Below the pieces are notes generated by a model that saw nothing but the letters and a program-made list of their open reading frames with translations, ran no database searches and had not been told where the DNA came from. A stretch of 63,138 nucleotides of DNA, filler included, from Neoconidiobolus thromboides FSU 785 (lineage: Eukaryota; Fungi; Entomophthoromycota): the NCBI GenBank assembly GCA_025603075.1. It is 9 parts of 9 records of this genome, joined end to end, with 100 filler letters (N's around TTAATTAATTAA, not from the genome) between each part and the next. Parts side by side here need not be neighbours in the genome. Positions count along the whole stretch, not along the records: positions 7,904 to 25,115 come from MU626581.1; positions 25,216 to 28,635 come from MU626819.1; positions 28,736 to 41,512 come from MU626626.1; 6 more parts are not named here. One strand, written 5' to 3'. The translations under genes were made by a program, and so were the position numbers. Below, one piece after another: positions 23,560 to 34,047 of this stretch (positions are counted from its first letter, which is position 1; each line of letters opens with the position of its first letter).

Positions 23560-23850
23560 CTTATTTTTCATACCTATTGGATATTATTCAAACTTTTAAA
23601 GTTTTTTCCTAATTTCATCAATTTATAAATGCCTCACCATGGTTGTATTCTTGTCTCAGTATCCCAATTATTCCTTGCTTTTACTGAATCAAATATTAAT
23701 TTACCTAAAGAGGGCTGTTAGATTTACTGAAAAATTTAAATTTTGAGTCATTTAAAAAAGCTTTGAATGTTGTTCCTCTGTTGAATAATCCATAAACCAT
23801 TTGGTGAATATCTTTTTGAAGCTATCCTATGTAAGGGCTTTTTACTTGTC
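23560..23850 (-). pseudogene. Heavily decayed Ty3/gypsy-like integrase relic
   Basis: With frameshifts and stops it reads H....RYSP/QMVYG and later RIQPW*GIYKL, matching the order of the integrase SPF.L.YG and GPY/F motifs. Weak, by-eye similarity. Confidence 0.35.
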
Positions 23851-23934
23851 TTGATTACCCTTTGTTGTAAAAAAAACTCTTCAAGAGGTAAACTTCAGTA
23901 TTTTGTTAATAAAAAAATAAGCTAAATAGTAAAT

Positions 23935-24027
23935 GGAGATGTATTTTTGTTAATTTTACTAACAATTTTTCCGCTTAAATAGCGCTTAAAAAATGGAAAA
24001 AATAATGAAGTCAAAAAAAACACTCCC
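23935..24027 (-). mobile_element. MITE family A copy
   Basis: TSD AAAT/AAAT. Confidence 0.88.
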
Positions 24028-24350
24028 AAATGGTAATTAGTAGTATAGAGCATTAAAAAAATAGTTGAAAAAAAAGTTTTTTTATAGTCCTCACCTCAGA
24101 AAGGATAGTTAAGGAAGTGAAGGCAGTAATATTAACTATTTTATAAACTTATAAATGTTTATTTTCATTTTGTTTATTAATTTAATAAAATAAATAAAAC
24201 ATACCTGAAAAACAATGCAAATGTTTAGATCAACTTAATTATGAATATATGAAATAACGATCCTTTTATAATAAGAATCTAACAAACAAGGTTAAAATTT
24301 AAATTGAGTATAATTATTTTAACTATTTTTCATTTAAATTGAACAGAAAC

Positions 24351-25115
24351 TTAAAGTGGATTAGATAACACAGTTTCCAAGAAATAAATAACAGCTGGTG
24401 TAATATCCTGAGCAACTGGAATAATACTTTCTGGTGGAAGAACAAAGCCATTTGGATCATCAGCATCTGGAGATAATTCAATGGTATATCCGTAAGTCTT
24501 TTGATTGTTACCAGCATAAAACCAATCAGAAGCAGTACCAGAACAAGCATATAAATCAATAGATCTTTCATTAATATATGAAGTACCAGCAACAGCAGCA
24601 ATCTTCTGTTTGATACCTTCTCCTAAAGCTTTATGTTGAGCTTCATGAGGGGAAAGGGTTTGAGTAGTTCCATAAGGACGGAGGATAAGTTGAGAGTAAG
24701 AGTGGAAGTCAATAGCTCCTAAGAAAGGACCTTGAGACTTAAAATAGTTAACAATGGCCTGAGTTTCAGACTCAGAAGCAGCAGAAGGACCACGGTAAGT
24801 TTCTGAAGATGGACTAGTAGAAGCACCAGCTCCACCCCACCCATATGGGAAATTACGATTGAGATCAATACCTACACCACCAGTTACTGAGCGACGATTT
24901 TTACGCCATAAACGATCTCCGCTCCAAGTATAAGCATAACCATCTGGGTTAACAACTGGTACAGCAATAATCTCAATTTGATCTAATAAAGATTTAATGG
25001 CTGGGTCACTTTGACGGTTAGTGATTAAATGGTTCAAAACATATTGTAAAGTGGATCCAGTAATCCATTCACGAGCATGGATCAATGACTCAAAGTAGAC
25101 CTTTTTCTTTGGAGT
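24351..25115 (-). CDS. M14A metallocarboxypeptidase, copy 2 (5' end in gap)
   Basis: KKVYFESLIHAREW (zinc ligands H..E), plus the same motifs as copy 1; nearly identical to 7905-8561. Confidence 0.93.
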   Translation of the reverse strand, partial: TPKKKVYFESLIHAREWITGSTLQYVLNHLITNRQSDPAIKSLLDQIEIIAVPVVNPDGYAYTWSGDRLWRKNRRSVTGGVGIDLNRNFPYGWGGAGASTSPSSETYRGPSAASESETQAIVNYFKSQGPFLGAIDFHSYSQLILRPYGTTQTLSPHEAQHKALGEGIKQKIAAVAGTSYINERSIDLYACSGTASDWFYAGNNQKTYGYTIELSPDADDPNGFVLPPESIIPVAQDITPAVIYFLETVLSNPL

Positions 25116-25215
25116 NNNNNNNNNNNNNNNNNNNNNNNNNNNNNNNNNNNNNNNNNNNNTTAATTAATTAANNNNNNNNNNNNNNNNNNNNNNNNNNNNN
25201 NNNNNNNNNNNNNNN

Positions 25216-25362
25216 AGTAGGACCAGGAAATTTTCCATTGATGAGGATACCATCAATAGCAAAGTTATCAGGAGCGATTCTACCTTCCTTAATTTCCCAA
25301 TCGAAATTTAAAGTTGCAGCAGTAACAATACTAGCAAATATTAAATTAACCGAATACTTCAT
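25216..25362 (-). CDS. Multicopper oxidase (laccase/ascorbate-oxidase-like), N-terminus only (rest in gap)
   Basis: Signal peptide followed by IAPDN...ILINGKFPGPT, the canonical MCO N-terminal motif. Confidence 0.85.
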
Positions 25363-26845
25363 ATAATAAATACAATGTTTTTTTTACTTAGCTACAGGTC
25401 GAAACGACCACTATTTATATTAAGTTCAAGTGGGTAATAATGCAATCCATTTCAAATATTATTAATAAATTTTATTTTTATTTTTCGGTTTATGGTCATA
25501 AAATTTTTTCATCTTTAGAGCTCTATCTAATTTACCTCTTTTAGTATTTGAATTTCTATCAACTTTTCCTTATTACATTTTATAGATTAAACTTTAAATT
25601 ATTTGATTTTGTAAATTCCTATATTTGGCAGCTTAGAACTAATTTAAGTTTCACCTTTATTTTGACACATTTTACATCGTAATTTATGCACAACAATTTT
25701 TAATGAGTTAATTTTTTTTGTATTTTTCATTTGATTTATATCAATTCTTGGTTATTAATAGCTTTATTAATTATCAGCTATTTTTAGCTCTATTAATTAA
25801 TAGCCTCTAGCTCTTAAGTTTTTATATCATATTTTTGTTAAATTTCTATTTTTATTTTAATAGTATTTTTATTTATAGTAGCATTATCTGACATAGTCTT
25901 CATGCGCTTGGAATTCTGATTGCCCGAAAACTATCTTAACTTTGTAATGCTCACATTTGATTATAGTTTATTAAGATTATTTGATATTAATATGGGCTTC
26001 TTAATGAAGCAAAAAGTAAATTATCTCCACCATTTCTTTCGGAAATAAAAAAGAAACCCTTTAGAAAGCTTATATTAGGTTTTTTCCTAAAATGTGTCTT
26101 TATGGTTGAGACAATATATGTTTTTCCTAAGTTTAGAGCTGTTTTTGCTATTCAAAAGTTTATCATGAATCGCTTTAACTATTGTATTGTAATTATTTAT
26201 GAATAGTACGCCTACCCTTTTCAAAAGATTATGAAATAATATGTGCTATAATTATCTTTTGTATTAATAATACTGCTCAACTCTTTTTGCTTTTCATAAC
26301 ATTAATCCGATTTTTTTTATCTAATGTCTAACTATAGGCATGAAAGGTTAGCTTCAGGGATTGTTTAATTTACTTTGAGATATATTCTTCTCTTACATCA
26401 ACACTATTGACAATTAATGTAATTATCTTTTTAATCTCAGAATGATTAGTTTAATACTTTTTGATTTTTCTATAAATTAACAAATATCTATTTTAAAACA
26501 GCCATGGTTTATTCTTATCTATTATATCTGAACTTCATTATAATATGAAGTTGAAGAGTTTTAACTTTAGACGTTTGTTTTGATCTTTATAATGTTGAAT
26601 TTTAATTTTACATTCTTTTACACTACCTCTTTTTTGCCACCGCTTTATATGATAACTAGTTAACTCTAACTTAGCTTTTTAAAGCTGTCTGATAATAATA
26701 TTTCTATAATAAATAAGGGGAAACATGGTTTTTTTTTAATTTCAATTTCAATTTTAGCGTTAATTTAAGGATAACTATTATTAATATTAAAAACATTAAA
26801 AATGATGATGTAGGCAAACCCCATTAATTACCTTATAGATAGCGC

Positions 26846-26877
<32 letters not shown>

Positions 26878-27350
26878 TGCTCAGCAGTAAAACTTGAAAG
26901 CCGAAGTTCCGTAAAAAAACATTTATTGACCTTTATATTAGGGGTTAGGAACAAACCATAGTGAATTAAAAATATATCTCAAACCATCCTTAAAGCTAAA
27001 AATATAACATAAGCTAAGTCTTCAACTATTGTGTTATAAACTTATTTAGCAAAAACTAAATTAACAATATTCAAAGAATTTCGCAACATTACAACAGAAG
27101 TATTTGGCCATATTTAGGATGTTTAAACTTTCAACCTTATCCAAAATTTAAGCCAAAAAACAGATTATTAGTTGCATGGTATTCCTACTATTTTTTGAAT
27201 AGAGTGAGACAATTTTAAACCAGATAAAATTTACCTGGTCAATGATAAGGATACACATCTTTTGTTATTCATAATAATGACTTAGATCGTATTTTTATTT
27301 GAGGCCCTATAGCTTAAATTATTAATAATAAAAAACTTATCGATAATATT

Positions 27351-27447
27351 GGGGATATGTCCTTTTGTTTAAAAAATTTGGTGATAGTCTTTCTACTTAA
27401 ATAGCTCAAAAAATGGAAAAAGCAATAAAACCAAGAAAAATATACCC
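27351..27447 (-). mobile_element. MITE family A copy (diverged)
   Basis: GGGGATAT...TATACCC; internal consensus recognisable. Confidence 0.75.
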
Positions 27448-28207
27448 ATAATTTTATAATCAGGTGTTGTTGTAGAGTTAGTGTTAATCCTTACATTCAA
27501 TTATCTACTTTTGCTACATTTTTAGCTGTTCAAAAGTATCAAAAGGTCCCCAATAGCTTTATAAACTACAAAGAAGCCAAGTCATCAGAACTTAAATATG
27601 GAAACAACCTAAATATTTATATTCATCAGTGTAAACGCGTCGGTAGTTCTATTTTTTCAATTATAAAATAGCTATTAAAATAAAGTATACTTTTAAAATT
27701 TCAGTGGTATTTAATATTAAAAAATAGTAAGTATCAGAAGAGTCGGGCTGATGAGACAGAGGATAAATTATGAAGATCTTATAGAATTTTTAAGCATTAA
27801 GATCTGCAAGCAAAAAGGCAATAATTCGTCTGTAGAGTTTCAAACAGAATCTTGTACAAAAATACATAGACTTCAAGCAATAAAATCTAATCTTGTTATC
27901 TTGCTATACGGATTTATTTAAAAACACATCAAATCGTATATGATGGTATACTAAGCAATTAATTATAGGTTTATAAACCTTGATTTAAACCAAATATACT
28001 AAAGTATATCTACACTAGGTTGTTAAAAGCTTAAGATGCTATATTACGGTTATTGAATATTAGTTAATTTTAAGCGGTAAGCATTTCGAATATAAAATTT
28101 GCCTTATCTTTAGCAAAATAATATTATTAATGGGTAAGAATCTTATAAATTTTAAGGTTATTTAATTAAAAACTTTAGACTTATTTTAAATGTTTTATTA
28201 AATTAAA

Positions 28208-28635
28208 TTATTTTCTAGGAGATTCATTAATAACAACTTGTTTTCCCATAGTTAAGTGGGCAGTGATATGACAATGCATAAACCAAGATCCAGGGTTATC
28301 AGCTTTAAAACGAATAGCATACCATCCACATGGAATATCAGTTTGAATTATACGAGAGTTTCTAACATTAGCTAAATTTTCGTTGGAGTTTTGGTTGTTA
28401 ACTTTGACACCAAAAGTATCCGACAATTGATTAGTGGCTGATCTCGCAGCAACTTGAATATTGTTTGCATATTGAGTAAAAGTATCACGGTAAATTGGGA
28501 TTTTGTTAGAGGAAGCAATTCCGGCATCAATAGCTTTTCCATCAACTTCTGGGTTATATACATCAGATCCATGTCCTACAACGAAGAAAGAGTGACCATG
28601 TAAATGCCATGGATGTGTTGCACAAGCACGTCCAG
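28208..28635 (-). CDS. Multicopper oxidase, C-terminus only (upstream tandem paralogue; 5' part in gap)
   Basis: HPWHLHGH and [19 protein letters not shown] copper-binding motifs. Confidence 0.92.
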
Positions 28636-28737
28636 NNNNNNNNNNNNNNNNNNNNNNNNNNNNNNNNNNNNNNNNNNNNTTAATTAATTAANNNNNNNNN
28701 NNNNNNNNNNNNNNNNNNNNNNNNNNNNNNNNNNNTG

Positions 28738-29201
28738 TGTGAAATATCGCTATGTCAGTCTCATGGTTAATTATAGCATAGTGATCGCCTAAGCTGTCGT
28801 GTTCTCGATTATAGAGACAATTAGTCCCATGCTCTTGTTCTGATTTGTTAAGAAAATTTCTATCTTCGTCTCAAAGAATAAAATCCTCTCGCTTTGATAT
28901 TTATACTTATCGGAGTACAAAAGAGATTCTAAAACATAATACCTTAAGGCTTTTTAACTGAATATTCCCCGATATCTCGAACATTTAATAAAGTCACTAA
29001 GTTTTCTTAATAGTATTTTACGTAGATTTTACATTAGTATTGTCTATTCTATTTGTCTTATATAGTTTGTAACCTATTATGTGCTATTCCTCATAATCCA
29101 AGTCTATCTTAGTCACACAAAGCAAGACCTTTCGACTTATAGTGTAGTCATCAATCAGGTAGTAGCTGTTTTTGACTCCAAACAGAGTACCAGATTTTAC
29201 A
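28738..29201 (+). mobile_element. Solo-LTR-like element family B, copy 1 (464 bp)
   Basis: TGTGAAAT...ATTTTACA ends; homologous to five other copies; left flank cut by the gap. Confidence 0.8.
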
Positions 29202-29269
29202 AAATAGCTTATTTATTTGATAACAAATCTGCAATGTTGGGCATGAAGCAGTTGATAATAAATATTTTT

Positions 29270-29464
29270 CAATAAAGCTTTATAAGAATATGTGTTTAAG
29301 GTCTAATAGAAATTCAGCTAACTTACAGTATAAACTATAATAGAATGATTTAGAACTGTGTCCCCGGGTACCTTTATTTAACAAAAAAACTGTTTTTATA
29401 GAATTTGAAGCGAAGTCTTTAAAATACAAAATATTCAAATAACAAAACTAATTTAGACATCCCC
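29270..29464 (-). mobile_element. Terminal segment of longer GGGGATGT-ended transposon (family C)
   Basis: Reverse-complement homologue of 55574-55777 over about 200 bp; ends in TAGACATCCCC. Confidence 0.7.
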
Positions 29465-29818
29465 ATATGATAGAAGTGAGTTCAAATAAAAACACTACTT
29501 TTGCTTCTAAATAAGTAAAAATAAGATAACTTATGTGGTTTGTACAATCAATATAGTATTGATAATAAGCCAATGTATTTTATATAATAAAAAATCATCC
29601 ATTGATTCTTTTTTAAATAATCAAATAAAAATATATGCCATTTGCTCAAAATGTTTTGAAGATTATGATAAAGTAATTGATTAGATTATAGTTCTGAAGG
29701 TGAACAAAATGTGGAATCTGTATAAATTTGAAATTGTTTTTAGACTTTGATTAATTTTTTAAATTTTATTTTTAATATATTATAAGCAAAATTTTAGGGT
29801 TAGAATCTTTTAAAAAAC

Positions 29819-31596
29819 CTACATCATACCGCCCATACCACCCATTCCGCCCATACCGCCCATGCCACCAGCAGGAGCACCTGGAGCACTAGATTTTTCT
29901 GGGGCATCAACAATCATACATTCAGAAGTAGTAAGAAGGGAAGCGACACCAGAAGCATCAACTAAGGAAGTACGTACAACTTTAACAGGATCTAAAATAC
30001 CTTGAGCAATCATATCGACATATTCACCTTTAGAAGCATCAAAACCATTATTAAGATTGGCATTGCTTTCTTCCAAAAGTTTACCAACAACAACGGAGCC
30101 TTCAAAACCAGCATTATTGCAAATGGTACGACATGGTTTTTGAGCGGCTTGTTTAATAATATTAACACCAAGCTTTTGATCAAAGTTATCAGTCTTAACA
30201 TTATCTAAAATTTTTGAAGCTTTAAGAAGAGCTACACCACCACCTGGTACAATACCCTCTTCAACAGCGGCTCTAGTAGCATTGAGGGCATCAACGATAC
30301 GATCTTTCTTTTCACCAACTTCAACTTCAGAAGCACCACCAACACGGATGACAGCTACACCGCCAGAAAGTTTAGCAAGACGTTCCTGGAGTTTTTCTTT
30401 TTCGTATTCAGATACAGTAGCATCGGCAACAGCAGCTCTAATTTGTTCACATCTTTCAGCGATGGCATCTTTAGCGCCAGAACCATTTAAGACAACGGTA
30501 TCTTCTTTAGTAACAGTGATAGATCCACAAGTACCGAACATATCTGGGGTAGCTTTTTCGAGTTTAATATCAAGTTCTTCAGAGAAAACAGTGCTACCAG
30601 TAAGGATAGCAATATCACCTAAAATGGATTTACGGTTATCACCAAATCCTGGGGCTTTAACAGCAGCTACTTGAATTTGGCCTCTTAATTTATTGAGAAT
30701 ACAAGCAGCTAAAGCTTCACCATCAACATCTTCAGCGATAACTAAAAGTGGACGGCGTTGAGTAGCAGAAGCTTCAAGGGCAGGGAGGATATCTTGAACA
30801 GCCGAGATTTTCTTTTCAGATAATAAAATCAATGGGTTTTCAAATTCCACTTTTTGAGCCTTAATATCGGTAATGAAATAAGGGGAGATAAAACCACGAT
30901 CAAATCTCATACCTTCAGTAACTTCTAAAGCATCTTCTAAAGTCTTTCCTTCTTTAACAGTGATAACACCTTCTTTTCCTACTTTTTCCATGGCATTGGC
31001 AATAAGTTGACCAACTGCTTTATCACCATTAGCTGAAATAGTAGCTACTTGAGCGATTTCTTCACTAGTAGTAATAGCACGAGAATTTTCTTTTAAAAAT
31101 TTAACTAACTCATCAACAGCAAGTTGTACACCACGACGTAAATCCATTGGATTACAGCCAGCAGCTACATTTTTAACACCCTCAGTAAAAATAGCTTGAG
31201 CTAGAACAGTGGCAGTGGTAGTACCATCACCAGCGTTTTCGTTAGCACGATTAGCTACGTCTTGTACTAATCTTTATATGTATTTATAAATAAGAGTATT
31301 AAAAAATAAAAAATAAGAACTTACCTAGCACCAAGGTTTTCAAATTTATCTTCTAAAGTGATTGATTTAGCAACAGTTACACCATCTTTAGTAATCTTTG
31401 GGGAACCGTAGGATTGTTCAATAAGTACATTACGTCCACGTGGACCTAAAGTAACAGCTACAGCTTTAGCTAACATATCTACTCCTTTTAATAATTTAGC
31501 TCTTCCATCGACTCCAAAGGCTAATTCTTTATGACTGGAATAGTTACGTACTAATGTACGTCCAACTTTATTTAATAATCTAGCGTTGTTGACCAT
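29819..31596 (-). CDS. HSP60: Mitochondrial chaperonin Hsp60, 574 aa, 2 exons (31596-31325, 31271-29819)
   Basis: Presequence, [55 protein letters not shown]-terminal GGM repeats. Confidence 0.98.
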
Positions 31597-31706
31597 GTTA
31601 TTGAAAAATTCAAACTGGAATTTTAGTGATTTGATCACAATTTAAATATTTGAATGCTTCGAAATAGAGTTGTGACAGCTTATTTTATTGGTTCAATTTC
31701 TAATTA

Positions 31707-31898
31707 TTCTTGAAATTTGAATTTGAATCGCTTTTGATGGGATTTTAATTTCCTATTAGAGTCTAAACTTGATTGGTGGATTTATCCCTGATTTATTTGT
31801 AGTAATTTCTAGAATCATCCAAATTAATAAATTAAAGTATAATAATCTTATATTAATAAAGTAATAATAGTATTAAAATATTCATATAGTTTCTAGAA
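31707..31898. promoter_or_regulatory. Putative heat-shock elements upstream of HSP60
   Basis: TTCnnGAA units at 31707 (TTCTTGAA), 31807 and 31891 (TTCTAGAA). Only two-unit cores, so tentative. Confidence 0.4.
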
Positions 31899-32450
31899 TT
31901 GACCATGTACTCTAACGAGCCACTTTTAAATAGCGTTATGCTAATACTAAATAATTTGACAATTATATGAGATTAATAAATTCAGTTATCTAGAAATATA
32001 TCGTTTTAATATTTGATAAATGAAAATTAAGTTAATCTTAAAATCAAGTATTTTAAATGAACAGATTTTTAGTAATCAAAGTGGACCACTTTCAAGCATT
32101 AAACTTTTATACTTATAGTAATAATAATATGAAAATGGTAATAAGGTGAAGCGACCACCTCCTATACATGGTTTATTAATACAATACTCTAACTATTGGA
32201 ATTGATATGCTTGAAATCAATATCACTACTCTAGCTAAATAAAACTCAAAAATAAAATATATAATGATTTATCTTGATTTTTTATACCTTTTTTGAAGTA
32301 ACATTTGTTTTTTTATAATTTTCAAATGTTAAGATTCTTTCAAGCATACCAACTAAATAGTAGCAAAAGTTTGGTTTTTGCAAAATAAATCTGTTTTATT
32401 TTTTAAAGTCAAAATTAAGTTGAATCCTAAATTTATTTTGTTATAAAAAA

Positions 32451-33056
32451 ATGTCGCAAGCTATTGGAAAAGTAATAATATTCAAATTAGCTAATTAATT
32501 AATTAAACTAAAAATTATAGACAGCGTTATCATACGCCCGAGTATGGCATTTAGTTGATGCCAAAGATCGTGTTTTAGGACGTATGGCTACTGGTATTGC
32601 AACTACCTTAATGGGTAAACATAAACCAATTTATGATCCAGCTGGTAAAAAAGATAATATTAGACTGAAGAACTAAGAATAACAATGTTTAATTTAGCTG
32701 ATTGTGGAGATTATGTAGTTGTTATCAATGCTAAAAGTGTAAAAGTAACTGGACGTAAAGCCGAACAAAAAGTATATAGATCCCATTCGGGTTTCCCAGG
32801 TGGTTTAAAAGAAGTACCATATAAAAGAATGTTGGAAAGAAAACCTGATGAGGTAACCTATTTATTTTTGTATATATAGTTGGTTTAAATATTGTTTTAG
32901 ATTATACGTAAAGCTGTATCGGGTATGTTACCAAAAAATAGATTAAGAGATTATAGAATTGGAAGACTTTTAATATTCCCAGACGAAGATCATCCATATA
33001 AAGATAATATTATTAAGAGATATGATGAAGCTGAGACTATAGAAAAAAAAGAATAA
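32451..33056 (+). CDS. MRPL23: Mitochondrial ribosomal protein uL13m, 151 aa, 4 exons (32451-32471, 32521-32644, 32698-32852, 32901-33056)
   Basis: [15 protein letters not shown]...[30 protein letters not shown]...HSGFPGGLK...[12 protein letters not shown]. Confidence 0.95.
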
Positions 33057-33610
33057 GCTTAATAAATTAGATTTGACTATTATAACCGATGTTTGAATTT
33101 TTATAATAGATTCGATAACATTAAAGAGTAGAATAAAATTTTAATGATTTTTAGACTGATTAGGTTCCGAATTATATATAGATAAATTTATGGTAGTAAA
33201 AAGTATTTTAGCTTCAAATAAATAATTAGATAAATGATAATTGATAAACAAAAAGCATAAATGTATTATAAAATATTTAAATACAGACCTTATCACGAGG
33301 ATGTTAATAAACTATCGCTTTAAAAATATGCTCATATTGAATGAAATTAAAGGACATATCAAGTGATTTGGAATTATACTCTAACTATTTTAATAAATGT
33401 ACTTCAAAATACCTCCCTTTAGTATCATTTATAAACTCATTATTTTTAAATAAGAAGCCTCTTTATTCCCTTGTATGTATGACAACAATTTTAATTACTT
33501 AGATCTTTCAAGTGTATATGAGGGTTTTTTAAATAAATAAATGGAATACAAAAAAGTTGATTTTTAAAGGGTACTTATATAGTAGTTGAATATTTCATGA
33601 ATTAATATAT

Positions 33611-33707
33611 AGGGGTGTTTTCTTTGCCTCATCACTTTTTTATTTTTAAGCGTTATTCAGGCGGAAAATTTGTTAGTAAAACTCTTAAACACAAAAATAA
33701 TATCCCC
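33611..33707 (+). mobile_element. MITE family A copy
   Basis: Flanks ATAT/ATAC. Confidence 0.85.
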
Positions 33708-34047
33708 ATACGTTGTAGTAGCACAGTTGTATTTAGATTATTTTCACTACAGATGATTAATCTTTTCCATGATTCTAAATTAAGTACCCTCGGTAGTTTT
33801 AATATTCAATAAGTTGGGTTACCATCAGTTGATTTTTCTTTCTTTTCATGTTGAAGAATATAATTTAACTTTATAACATTTCCATCATCTTGCCATCTAT
33901 TACTTTCATAAAATTTGGTTGGCATTATATTTTTGCTTAATCAGGATTATAGAAATACTCAAACTTAAACATTTTAAGCCAATGAAAATTAGTCAATCTT
34001 TAGGATATTAGTGAAAGCTTTTGAAATTAGGTTTTAGTTTTTTACCA

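Noticed and set aside
26861-26878. (AAAAT)n microsatellite
   Set aside because: Short and ordinary for an AT-rich genome.
27730-27920. About 63-codon open frame SIRRVGLMRQRINYEDLIEF... between the MCO genes
   Set aside because: No recognisable motif; probably a TE relic but cannot be assigned.
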